Shown here: piece by piece, positions 55,606 through 64,000 of the stretch
Position numbering within the stretch: the first letter of the stretch is position 1
Layout: each line of letters opens with the position of its first letter
IMG/VR virus record: IMGVR_UViG_3300027741_000022
Location: 1-64,000 of that record
Origin: a virus
Length of the DNA stretch: 64,000 nucleotides
Direction: 5' to 3' (one strand)
Translations under genes and position numbers: made by a program
Notes under the pieces: model-generated
Told to the model about the DNA's origin: nothing
What the model saw: only the letters and a program-made list of their open reading frames with translations
Databases searched by the model: none

Positions 55606-56691
55606 ATGTCTGTAATTGAATCTGCTAATCTTTACTACAAAGAAGGCGCCAGCGATAAAGTTTATCACGCCACTATTGAAGATATTGGCGGCAACTATGT
55701 TGTCAATTTTGCTTATGGTCGAAGGGGAAGTGCTTTAAAGACCGGAAGCAAGACAAATTCGCCCACTTCACTAAATGAAGCAAAATCTATTTTCAATAGT
55801 CTTATCAAGGAAAAGACGGGAAAGGGCTACCAATATATTGACAAGGCTTCTAATGAAGCAATCAATGTTGTGAGCGATGATTTGCCCGACACTCCCACAG
55901 AAATTCAATGTGTGTTGCTCAATCCTATTGAACAGGATGAAGCAGAGCAGCTTATCGATAATGATGATTGGGCTTTGCAGCATAAACTTGATGGAGTTAG
56001 GTTTATGCTTGGTAAAAAAGAAAAAGAATCTCTCAATGCGTTTAATCGCAAGGGCAAAAGAACCAACATCCCCACTGTTATCTGGAATTCCATAAACAGT
56101 TTACAACACAGCTTTTTTATTGATGGGGAATTAATCGGAGAAACTTTCCATGTATTTGATATTCTTGAATATCAAGGAGAGTGTTTGCGTAAAAAGAGCT
56201 TTATTGAAAGAATGAAGCATCTTAAGACTTTGTTTAAGCATATTTCTTCTGAGCATATTGTCTTAACTCCTTTTTATACTGATAAAAAGGAAAAGCGTAA
56301 AATCTACGAAAATCTATTGGCAGGCAATCAAGAGGGTGTTGTATTCAAACATATTGATGCACACTATTATGTTGGTCGCCCTGCAAGTGGTGGTAAGTAT
56401 CTTAAGTATAAATTCTACAGCACATGTAGCTGCGTTGTAACAGCCATTAACAAAAAGCGTAGTGCCGCATTGGGTCTTTACAAGGGCAAGAAGCTTGTAA
56501 AGGCTGGCAACGTCACCATCTCTGTAAATTTCGATATTCCAGAAGTTGGTGATGTGGTTGAAGTAAAGTATCTTTATGCAAGAAAGCAATCTGGTGCTTT
56601 ATATCAGCCCATCTATCTTGGAAAAAGAACAGACGTAAATACCGAAGAGTGTCAGCAAAATCAACTTAAGTTTAAGGCAGAAGAAGAGTGA
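55606..56691 (+). CDS. WGR-domain + ATP-dependent DNA ligase (intact)
   Basis: SDKVYH..FAYGRRG (WGR-like); HKLDGVR, IDGELI, VFDIL, EGVVFK, LKYKF; OB domain. Confidence 0.85.
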   Translation: MSVIESANLYYKEGASDKVYHATIEDIGGNYVVNFAYGRRGSALKTGSKTNSPTSLNEAKSIFNSLIKEKTGKGYQYIDKASNEAINVVSDDLPDTPTEIQCVLLNPIEQDEAEQLIDNDDWALQHKLDGVRFMLGKKEKESLNAFNRKGKRTNIPTVIWNSINSLQHSFFIDGELIGETFHVFDILEYQGECLRKKSFIERMKHLKTLFKHISSEHIVLTPFYTDKKEKRKIYENLLAGNQEGVVFKHIDAHYYVGRPASGGKYLKYKFYSTCSCVVTAINKKRSAALGLYKGKKLVKAGNVTISVNFDIPEVGDVVEVKYLYARKQSGALYQPIYLGKRTDVNTEECQQNQLKFKAEEE

Positions 56692-57194
56692 TGCGTTTAA
56701 ACGCTGACTATATTCGTCTTAATTTGTCGAATGTTTGTGATTTTCCGCAAATGTTTATCGATAAATCAAAAGAATTTTATGACACAGACATTTTAAATCT
56801 AACAATAGATGTTAAGTATTACGATCATGTTTCAAACAGTCATGGCTGCCCAATAAATGGTGTGATTAATTGGGGCGGCAGAATAGAAGGCGCTCCAAGA
56901 AATTATCCCGGCTGGCAGGGTCATATTTCTTTTTTTGCACAAAACAATAAGAATACACATGTAGATTGTGCATCAAATATGCTTTTCAATTCGTATGGAT
57001 ATGGATTTAGAGGATTTCACACAAGTGGTGGATGCCCAGGCAGAATTAATGAATATCCAGTCAGTATTGGCTTTTATTTCTTTTTGGAAGACTTTCCAAA
57101 TTTAGTTAAGAGTAAAGAAAAGTGGAATTTGCTTAAAACCTTTAATAACAAACAGGAATCTTGGGATTCTTTTTCAGCCTTGAAATATTCCTGA
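56688..57194 (+). CDS. Hypothetical protein
   Basis: ORF track. Confidence 0.5.
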   Translation: MMRLNADYIRLNLSNVCDFPQMFIDKSKEFYDTDILNLTIDVKYYDHVSNSHGCPINGVINWGGRIEGAPRNYPGWQGHISFFAQNNKNTHVDCASNMLFNSYGYGFRGFHTSGGCPGRINEYPVSIGFYFFLEDFPNLVKSKEKWNLLKTFNNKQESWDSFSALKYS

Positions 57195-57214
57195 TATTCT
57201 GACTAAATACAGTC

Positions 57215-58147
57215 ATGTTAAAGTTTTTTATTATTTTTGTTGTCTTGATTTTTTCAAGCCCTATTTTCGCCCAAGATAAAACAGGGTTTGCGATAGATGT
57301 TAATGCAAACAATATAGCCGGTCTGTTCACAATGACAGATGAAGGTGGCAGATTAAGAAATTTGGATTTGATGGAAGGCGTGTTTAAAGACGGATCTCTT
57401 GGTTTTAAATCAGAGAGATATCACAACGTTCCATCTAATTTCATATATTCAAAAATGGCTGATATGGCTTCAAAACTTGATGATAATGGAACACTACTTC
57501 TTTATCTGAATAGCCATGGAGGAGGAAGTGGAAATAGATTTATAATGACTTCTTCTGATGGCAATTTTAGATTTAGTAAAGCAATTGCAGCAATAGCTAA
57601 GGTTAAAACTGTTAGAAGATTGGTGTTTTTAGTTGATACTTGTCATGCCGCCGGAAGTATTCAAGAAAGCTTAAAAGAAGACGGACAGCTTTTAAGAGAT
57701 ATTCAAATAGCCACACCCACAGATTATCTGCCCGAAATGCCCAATAGATTTTCATTTAAAATTAAGCCTTTTGCTGGAATATTCAGCTTGAAGAATGATG
57801 AAATAGATTTTTGTGAAGACAGTGGTGCTTATGAAGAAATTCTTATTATTAGCTCTTCAAGTGTTGAAGATCTTTCAACAAGAGGAGTTTTTGCCTCAAG
57901 GTTATCTGCTACATTCAATGCTGTTAAAGAAAACAAAGAAATAACCTTAGCCCAATTCTTAAAGAAGTTTGCAGATAGTCATGGAAATAGCGGGCAGCAA
58001 CCATATTATAAGGTTTTACCAAATAGATCCATGTTGAGTGAGTTTTTATTTGGTCCATTGCCGGCACAGCAAATACCAGTTAAAAATTACTCTTCAGATG
58101 GCTTAAAAGATTTTTCTCCAAATTACATTCTCTATCCAGCAAAATAG
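57215..58147 (+). CDS. Exported caspase/legumain-fold (clan CD) cysteine peptidase-like protein
   Basis: Signal peptide; LLLYLNSHGGG (His-Gly) and VFLVDTCHAAG (D.CH) dyad motifs. Confidence 0.7.
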   Translation: MLKFFIIFVVLIFSSPIFAQDKTGFAIDVNANNIAGLFTMTDEGGRLRNLDLMEGVFKDGSLGFKSERYHNVPSNFIYSKMADMASKLDDNGTLLLYLNSHGGGSGNRFIMTSSDGNFRFSKAIAAIAKVKTVRRLVFLVDTCHAAGSIQESLKEDGQLLRDIQIATPTDYLPEMPNRFSFKIKPFAGIFSLKNDEIDFCEDSGAYEEILIISSSSVEDLSTRGVFASRLSATFNAVKENKEITLAQFLKKFADSHGNSGQQPYYKVLPNRSMLSEFLFGPLPAQQIPVKNYSSDGLKDFSPNYILYPAK

Positions 58148-58174
58148 CAAATATATCTTCGAAAATATATTATC

Positions 58175-58381
58175 ATGATGATTGGCGAAATCAAAAAGTG
58201 GGCTAAATCTTTGGAATATGATGTCAAAAATTCTAAAGAAGGCGGATATAGCTGGAAATATATTGGCGATGAAGAATATTCGCGTTCAGAAGATGTGGAC
58301 TCTTTAGCCAAAGATATTTTTAACCATCTAACAAAAGGCAAGTGGAAAGACTACCAAGAAAAGTTCCAGAAACTTGCTTGA
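58175..58381 (+). CDS. Small hypothetical protein
   Basis: ORF track. Confidence 0.5.
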   Translation: MMIGEIKKWAKSLEYDVKNSKEGGYSWKYIGDEEYSRSEDVDSLAKDIFNHLTKGKWKDYQEKFQKLA

Positions 58382-58452
58382 CAACTACTTGCCTACTACC
58401 TTAGTATGTGCGTTTGTGTTCTTTTGTTTTGTTCTAACCCGAGGAGACGATT

Positions 58453-58752
58453 GTGAAGACTAAGCTTTCCAAAACCGATATGACAGCTAGAAACAAGCAG
58501 ATTTTTGAGATGCGTAAGAATGGTGCTACTCAAAACGAGATAGCAGAAAAGTTCGGAGTATCAGCCCCCAGAATCGGGCAAATACTTTCTGATTACAAAA
58601 AGCCTTATAAAAGCATGAAGAAAAAGGCTTTGTCGGTTATTGATGAGGTTACATCTAAGAAGAAGCAGAACAATGTAGATCTTGTTTCTGCTATTATTAA
58701 GTGTGATATGGATGCTAATGCTAAACTGGAACTTTTGAAGAATTTCTTCTAA
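58453..58752 (+). CDS. HTH DNA-binding protein
   Basis: RNKQIFEMRKNGATQNEIAEKFGVSAPRIGQIL. Confidence 0.75.
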   Translation: MKTKLSKTDMTARNKQIFEMRKNGATQNEIAEKFGVSAPRIGQILSDYKKPYKSMKKKALSVIDEVTSKKKQNNVDLVSAIIKCDMDANAKLELLKNFF

Positions 58753-58772
58753 ATTTTAGGAAAGGATTTCCT

Positions 58773-59357
58773 GTGAAAGATAAAAGAACTTTATCAGACT
58801 TGGGTAAATCCCTATCCATAGATTGTAGTGATGTTGTTTTAGAAAGCGAACAAGATTTAAATGATTTGCTTTCTGAAAAGGATTTGATTTTTGTGAAACA
58901 ATATCTGCTCCAAAAAGGAGCTAAAGATATTAAAGAAACTCCAAACGAGGATGAAGATATGAATGCTTTGAAGATTTGCAAACGAGGAATTACTGGTGCT
59001 CAGAATAGAAAAGAAGTTTATAATCTGGTTGAGTCCATGATTAGAGACAATCCTTTAAAACCCGGCTTTAAAACTGGATATAAGGAAGCAGCTTCTTATA
59101 TCAACAAGCAGGGATATAGGGATTCGAATGGTTTTAAGTGGAAGGTAAAAACTTTGGTTGATTTTTATCATCATTACAATGAAAGAAGCACGGCAACTAA
59201 AACTAAGGTTGCTTCAACCAAGATTAGTGCTGCTGTCAAGTCGGTTGTTGAAACAAAGTCTGCACACAATATTCGGGATCTTGTTAAGTGTATAATTGAC
59301 TGCAATCTGGACAGTGATTTGAAGTTAAAGCTTATTCCACTTGTTTTGAAAGGATGA
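58773..59357 (+). CDS. Putative DNA-binding protein (recombinase-like DNA-binding segment)
   Basis: YKEAASYINKQGYRDSNGFKWKVKTL; C-terminus similar to 58453..58752. Confidence 0.5.
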   Translation: MKDKRTLSDLGKSLSIDCSDVVLESEQDLNDLLSEKDLIFVKQYLLQKGAKDIKETPNEDEDMNALKICKRGITGAQNRKEVYNLVESMIRDNPLKPGFKTGYKEAASYINKQGYRDSNGFKWKVKTLVDFYHHYNERSTATKTKVASTKISAAVKSVVETKSAHNIRDLVKCIIDCNLDSDLKLKLIPLVLKG

Positions 59358-59375
59358 AGTATAGAGTAGATTAAA

Positions 59376-59663
59376 ATGTCAAAAGAAGAAGTCGATCACA
59401 TTGTTGAAAATGTGTTCGAAGATAATATCAAAAATGAAGCCATGGAAATTATAGAGGCAGTTTTTAAAACAAAGAAATATGAAAATCACTTTAAGTTTAT
59501 TCAAAACCACTATAGTCTTGGTGGAGAAAATTCTCTTCAACAGATTAGAATCAGAATTGATTACATTAAATCATTATTGATCAAAGAAGGTTTGATGCAG
59601 AGTGACAGCAAAGCTTATTTTGGAAAAATGGAAATATTAAACTCTGACTCAGCAGACCTATAG
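59376..59663 (+). CDS. Hypothetical protein
   Basis: ORF track. Confidence 0.5.
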   Translation: MSKEEVDHIVENVFEDNIKNEAMEIIEAVFKTKKYENHFKFIQNHYSLGGENSLQQIRIRIDYIKSLLIKEGLMQSDSKAYFGKMEILNSDSADL

Positions 59664-59812
59664 TTTGTCTGAGAAACAAAAAATTATTCCATGTTGCAAA
59701 AAATATTTCTACCAGTCTCTTGCCTTTTGTTTTTGAGCGTATATGTTTGAAACAGAAGACAAGATCAAATGTTGGTCTTGCGGGAAAGAAACCGACACTG
59801 TGAGAAACCAAG

Positions 59813-60073
59813 ATGGCAACTGTCAAAAAAGCCGGTTCTGAAAAAAGGTCATATGTTTCGATAGAAGATTTCGTTCGTGCGTATGAAGATACTCGAAACG
59901 AGACTATATCGGACGTTGCAGAGCAGTTAGGAATCAAGCCGCCAGCAGTTAGCCTTCGTGCAAGCAAGCTGCGTAAAGAAGGTGTTGAGTTGAGAAAATT
60001 TGCCCGAGGCGGTCGTCCAAGTGTCGTTGAAAAAGCCAAGGAAATTCTTGCTCAAATTCGCCGGGGCAAGTGA
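59813..60073 (+). CDS. HTH DNA-binding protein
   Basis: TISDVAEQLGIKPPAVSLRASKLRKEGV. Confidence 0.7.
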   Translation: MATVKKAGSEKRSYVSIEDFVRAYEDTRNETISDVAEQLGIKPPAVSLRASKLRKEGVELRKFARGGRPSVVEKAKEILAQIRRGK

Positions 60074-60094
60074 TTCTTTCGGTATCATGCTTTC

Positions 60095-60136
60095 AAAACC
60101 CCTGCTGGAGCCTAAAGTGTCCAGCAGGGGTTTTTT
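60095..60136 (+). terminator. Intrinsic terminator
   Basis: AAAACCCCTGCTGGA / TCCAGCAGGGGTTTT. Confidence 0.8.
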
Positions 60137-60144
60137 ATTGCCAT

Positions 60145-60162
60145 GTTTCTTTGTGGTACGCT
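60145..60162 (+). promoter_or_regulatory. 18-bp motif copy 8 GTTTCTTTGTGGTACGCT
   Basis: Recurrent motif. Confidence 0.7.
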
Positions 60163-60179
60163 CGGTGTCTGGAGGATTT

Positions 60180-60359
60180 ATGAAAAAGGAAGAGTTGAAA
60201 GAATCAAAGACAACACAAGAAGATATTGAAAAAGCAAAGATTCAAATTGAAGAAAATGAATATCTAAATCATATTTGTGAACAACATGAATCTTGTGTGC
60301 TGTACGATGAATACAGTAATGATGAAGAAGGATATGTTCAAAAGTTTAGCAAAAAGTAA
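60180..60359 (+). CDS. Small acidic hypothetical protein
   Basis: GGAGG RBS before MKKEELKES. Confidence 0.5.
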   Translation: MKKEELKESKTTQEDIEKAKIQIEENEYLNHICEQHESCVLYDEYSNDEEGYVQKFSKK

Positions 60360-60363
60360 ACAT

Positions 60364-60392
60364 TTGACAAATTTTTGAAAAAACGGTATAAT
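60364..60392 (+). promoter_or_regulatory. Perfect sigma70 consensus promoter TTGACA-17-TATAAT
   Basis: Read directly; AAGGAG RBS and ATG 60413 downstream. Confidence 0.85.
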
Positions 60393-60412
60393 ATTTTGCA
60401 AGGAGTGCTAAA

Positions 60413-60745
60413 ATGCCATATATCGATAAAAAAAGACGAGAAAAACTTGATGGGGCTATTTTATTTTTAAGATCTGCTCTTGAGAACCAATCAAGTAGTG
60501 AATCAAATAAAAATATTTCCTGTGGTCTATCACCAGAACAGATTTTGGAAATATCTGGTGATTTGAATTATTGCATAAGCAGGATTTGTGCTGGATTAAT
60601 TGGTTCGCCTTCTTATAAGAAGATTGCAGTAGTCACAGGCGTTCTTGAGAACGTTAATCAAGAACTGTATAGAAGACTCGCCAGCACTTATGAAGATGAA
60701 AAAATAGAATCAAACGGCGATATTCCGGAATATAAAAATTACTGA
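60413..60745 (+). CDS. DUF6899-like phage protein
   Basis: MPYI...GDLNYCI...GVLE....ELYRR....YEDEKI..NGD. Confidence 0.6.
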   Translation: MPYIDKKRREKLDGAILFLRSALENQSSSESNKNISCGLSPEQILEISGDLNYCISRICAGLIGSPSYKKIAVVTGVLENVNQELYRRLASTYEDEKIESNGDIPEYKNY

Positions 60746-60750
60746 TGGAA

Positions 60751-60768
60751 GTTTCTTTGTGGTACGCT
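60751..60768 (+). promoter_or_regulatory. 18-bp motif copy 9 GTTTCTTTGTGGTACGCT
   Basis: Identical to copy 8. Confidence 0.7.
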
Positions 60769-60808
60769 GTTCGGTTGTACGAGAGAGCCGATAATAACAG
60801 GAAATAAG

Positions 60809-60919
60809 ATGCCAGCAACCGCCCCCCCGCCGGTAAAAACCCCGGCAAAGACGCCACAGACGCCCACAAGCCCCTTTAAGGCACCCCGCCCTGCGGTCAT
60901 GCCGGAGCCTAAGAACTGA
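60809..60919 (+). CDS. 36-aa Pro-rich peptide MPATAPPPVKTPAKTPQTPTSPFKAPRPAVMPEPKN (not in ORF track)
   Basis: AGGA RBS; TGATG overlap with the next gene. Confidence 0.5.
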   Translation: MPATAPPPVKTPAKTPQTPTSPFKAPRPAVMPEPKN

Positions 60920-61974
60920 TGTATAGCAACAGCCTGCACGTTAATCCGAAGATTAGAAATTTTTGGAGAGATTTGAAGAAGAACGAAGGCGAGTTTCATG
61001 TTTTTAAGAAAAACAGGAATCTTGTTTACTTTGGTGATGATCTTTCCAAGAAGAGCTATGAGTTTGTTGATGATCGAATCAAGAATCTTGGGATCAATTT
61101 TGATTTTAATTCTTTGACAAACAAGTTTATTGCTGCTCTTCAAGAAGAAAGCGGAAATGAAGATGTTCTCAAGGAACTTGCAATAAAGGCTGTGAGCGAG
61201 GCTTTTGAAATTCCAGAAGATATTTTGGAAGCTCATCTCAACAAAGAAGACATTGATGTTAATTCGACTGATGAGTCGTTTCCAGAAGAAGACTATGATT
61301 ATGATTCGCTTTCGCAATCTTTGAAGGACAGCATCAACAAAAGAATTCTTTTGAATTGCATTACTCAAGGCGCGAGCATTCACGCCTTTTATACAATGCA
61401 CCACCTTGTCAGAAATGACCTGGAAAAGATTTCAGAAGATATAATCGGGATTTATGATGAGGTGAGTGTTGGAACTGTTTACACATATTGGAAGATTGAT
61501 TATTCTTCTATGCTTGAAAGTTCTGCCAATTTGGATATGCTGGTTCAGGGCAGTTCAAAAGTAGAGTATGGTGAGAATGAAAATGATAATCCAAAAGTAG
61601 TGGCAAAAGCAAGGACGTTTGTTGTTCTTTGTCAAGAGCTTGTTAAAGGTGCCATCGAACTGATTAACCTTAATGGTTTGAAAGATTTGGATGAGGAAGA
61701 ACTCAGAACGATATATGCCTTTGCAGACAAGCGTGTAGACGAACCCAGGTATATTCAAATCTCAAGTGAAATTTGGCGTAAAGTTCTTGCTTTCATCAAG
61801 GTTTATAAGGATGAGGTTGGAAAGATTTCAATCCCCGATCTTCTTATGAAGATCAGTTTGTTGAATCCGAAAGATATTGAAGATTTCTTTGAACATATGA
61901 TTTCTGGCGATAATACTCAGGCAATTAATTTTCTCAATACTAACGAAGGAGTTATTTCTAATGAAGATTTCTAA
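60919..61974 (+). CDS. Conserved-looking hypothetical phage protein (KRILLNCITQGA motif)
   Basis: Long ORF, helical/acidic. Confidence 0.6.
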   Translation: MYSNSLHVNPKIRNFWRDLKKNEGEFHVFKKNRNLVYFGDDLSKKSYEFVDDRIKNLGINFDFNSLTNKFIAALQEESGNEDVLKELAIKAVSEAFEIPEDILEAHLNKEDIDVNSTDESFPEEDYDYDSLSQSLKDSINKRILLNCITQGASIHAFYTMHHLVRNDLEKISEDIIGIYDEVSVGTVYTYWKIDYSSMLESSANLDMLVQGSSKVEYGENENDNPKVVAKARTFVVLCQELVKGAIELINLNGLKDLDEEELRTIYAFADKRVDEPRYIQISSEIWRKVLAFIKVYKDEVGKISIPDLLMKISLLNPKDIEDFFEHMISGDNTQAINFLNTNEGVISNEDF

Positions 61975-64000
61975 TAACGGTTCTGTTCTCGATACCAATA
62001 ACAATAACGCAGATAGCCTTGAATTCGGTATCGGTGATGTTAGCACCATCATTGATATTCTTCGAAACAGGCTTTATTCAAATCCAATTCGCACTTTGAC
62101 TCAAGAATATCTTTGCAATGGCAGAGATAGTCATCGTGATGCAGGCAGCGCCAATACTCCTTTGAGGGTCACTCTCCCAACAAAGCTTGATAGTGTTCTT
62201 AAAATCAGAGATTTTGGAACGGGTTTGTCGCCAGATCGTGTTAAGGATGTTTTCGTTCTTTACGGAAGCAGCACAAAGCGTAAGGATAATGTTCAAACTG
62301 GTGGTTTCGGTATTGGTGCAAAAAGTGCGTGGGCTTACACCGATAGCTTTGTTGTTGTGAGCTACCATGACGGTAAGTGTCGAACTTATATTGCTCATAC
62401 TGGTAAGAATAGCAACGGCACTCTTGAACTTATCAATGAAGTTGATTCGACCGAACCCAACGGTGTTGAAATTCAGGTTCCAGTAAAGGAGTGTGATATC
62501 GAGCAGTTTGTTTCTGCCGTTTATCGTTGCACTTATTTTTGGGATGTTAAGCCTGAGTTGAAGGGAATTACAAACATTGAAATTCCTGCTTCTTGGACTG
62601 CAGGAAGCGATAAGATTCTTTACAAGAAGGATAATTGGTTTCTCCTTGAAAAGGATGATCTTGTTAAGCGTCTTTTCGACTCATACAACCAGGACATTTA
62701 TGTTCTGATTGACAAGATCCCATATAGCATCAATAAGTTTTCTCGGGAATGTCCTGAGGTTGAAAAGCTTAAGTCTGCTTCATATGCCGCTCACATGAGC
62801 TTTATTGAAGTTGGCAACGGTGTTCTTGAAGTCTCTGCCACTAGGGAAAGCATTTCCGATAAGGAAGGCAGCAAGCACAAGGTTAATGAAATTTGTGAAG
62901 AGGCAAGAAAGTCTCTTTATTCTTGTGTGGAAGAGCAGTTTGAAAAAGATTTCAAGGACATTCCATCTTATATTAACTTCTACTTTAAGCTTAAGGCTAC
63001 ATTCAATCTTGCGAATTTTCCTAAGACTTTGGATGTTGCTTTCAAGAAGAATGGATGTGCTTACAAGCTTCTTCCCAATGGAAAGATTGAATCAACTAGC
63101 TTTAATGGTTGTGCTGTTGAGCGATACAATATCAAGCGCCAAAAGTCTAGGCGAATTCTTAATCGTGTTGGAAATGCGGAAATTCATTTTGGTGAAGAAA
63201 AGGTTAAATTTGTTCTTGTCAATGAAGATAAGAATGGAAGGCATGTTCCTGAATATGTTTTCAAGGAAAAGATCAAGAAGCTTTTCTATGATGATGAAAC
63301 CTTGTCCTATGTCTATGTGATCAATCACTACACAGAGGAGCAAAGGAATAATCTCAAGGATCATCTTGAAGCTATCTACATCACAGATATTCAGCTCGAT
63401 AAGCCTGCGTATAAAGCCAAGAAGGAAAGCGGCACGGTCAGCATCAGGTACATTAAGCCTGCCGATCATCGATATGGATATAGGCATGGCAAGCTTGAGT
63501 CTGATAGCAAGGAAGATGTAACCCTGGAATCAATCGAGTCCAGTGCTCATAATTATATTTCTGTACCTTTTTCAGGCTCAGAAGAATATGATTTCGATAA
63601 CCCTATCTTTGTTGAAAACATCAAGTTTCTTATTGAGCATGGTGATTACAAAATTATCAAGCTAAGTAAGCGAGATTATGATGCCGTGAATACTCTTGAT
63701 AATGTCATGGAATATTCTGAGGTTGCTGAATCTATCAGTGATCATGTTGAAATTGATGATAAGATTATTGAGGACTTTGTTTTCAAGCAGGCAAGCAACA
63801 CCTTTGAGCCATTGAGGAAGTCTCTCGACAAGATCAAGTGTGATAAGATTGCAGAATATTTCCGAATCAAGGGTCAGGCTCCTGCTGAGAATAGAAGGAA
63901 TGCAACCACTATTCCGGATAGGATTCTTGCAATGTATCCCTACTATTCTAAGGTCAACGATAACGTAAAGAAGATTGCAAAGCTTGAAGAGGAAATCACT
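61961..64000 (+). CDS. rIIA: rIIA-like protein (N-terminal GHKL ATPase), 3' truncated by window; missing from ORF track
   Basis: Manual translation: ILRNRLYSNPIRTLTQEYLCNGRDSH, IRDFGTGLS, YGSSTK, GGFGIGAKSAWAYTDSF; frame is consistent through nt 64000; GAAGGAG RBS. Confidence 0.85.
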   Translation, partial: MKISNNGSVLDTNNNNADSLEFGIGDVSTIIDILRNRLYSNPIRTLTQEYLCNGRDSHRDAGSANTPLRVTLPTKLDSVLKIRDFGTGLSPDRVKDVFVLYGSSTKRKDNVQTGGFGIGAKSAWAYTDSFVVVSYHDGKCRTYIAHTGKNSNGTLELINEVDSTEPNGVEIQVPVKECDIEQFVSAVYRCTYFWDVKPELKGITNIEIPASWTAGSDKILYKKDNWFLLEKDDLVKRLFDSYNQDIYVLIDKIPYSINKFSRECPEVEKLKSASYAAHMSFIEVGNGVLEVSATRESISDKEGSKHKVNEICEEARKSLYSCVEEQFEKDFKDIPSYINFYFKLKATFNLANFPKTLDVAFKKNGCAYKLLPNGKIESTSFNGCAVERYNIKRQKSRRILNRVGNAEIHFGEEKVKFVLVNEDKNGRHVPEYVFKEKIKKLFYDDETLSYVYVINHYTEEQRNNLKDHLEAIYITDIQLDKPAYKAKKESGTVSIRYIKPADHRYGYRHGKLESDSKEDVTLESIESSAHNYISVPFSGSEEYDFDNPIFVENIKFLIEHGDYKIIKLSKRDYDAVNTLDNVMEYSEVAESISDHVEIDDKIIEDFVFKQASNTFEPLRKSLDKIKCDKIAEYFRIKGQAPAENRRNATTIPDRILAMYPYYSKVNDNVKKIAKLEEEIT

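Noticed and set aside
37446-60768. 18-bp motif as CRISPR repeats, att sites or tRNA fragments
   Set aside because: Copies are kilobases apart, have a degenerate centre and no spacer periodicity or cloverleaf; placement fits a regulatory site.
62078-63487. Tracked ORFs 62078..62398, 62805..63320, 63092..63487
   Set aside because: They overlap the rIIA-like frame 61961..>64000, which the track omitted because it has no stop in the window.
1-64000. Alternative genetic code (stop-codon reassignment as in some huge phages)
   Set aside because: Known genes are full length in the standard code and TAA, TAG and TGA all terminate genes at sensible positions.
1-64000. tRNA/rRNA genes
   Set aside because: No cloverleaf or T-loop GTTCRA context recognised in the short intergenic gaps by eye; a tRNAscan-SE run would be needed to exclude them formally.

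Overview
AT-rich fragment of a large T4-like (myovirus-type, probably jumbo) bacteriophage genome, read in the standard genetic code. It carries a T4 gp20-type portal, an rIIA-like gene running off the right end, an Rnl1 RNA ligase, GuaC, UvsE, CsrA and RuvB-like ATPases. About 1-37 kb is a mixed-strand late/virion and glycan-modification region: collagen-like and Pro/Thr-repeat proteins, S8 and M43 proteases, several glycosyltransferases, methyltransferases, a sulfotransferase-like gene, two alginate-lyase-fold paralogs and an intein-containing portal. From about 37.4 kb nearly every gene is on the + strand and looks early/middle, punctuated by strong terminators and nine copies of an 18-bp intergenic motif (GTTTCyTy-nn-GGTACGCT). 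Highlights: (1) an ATP-dependent DNA ligase fractured at its catalytic KxDG|CR motif into two genes by a naturally split intein, with a free-standing Vsr-like endonuclease gene between the halves; (2) a candidate phage-encoded mucin-type glycosylation system (GT60 plus many PT-repeat virion proteins); (3) an uncharacterised MTase-fold + SF2 helicase + 63-aa-repeat module; (4) two apparently phage-specific promoter classes. Some genes hint at a Planctomycetota host (inference). No CRISPR array, tRNA or rRNA was recognised. All family assignments come from motif recognition by eye, not from database searches.
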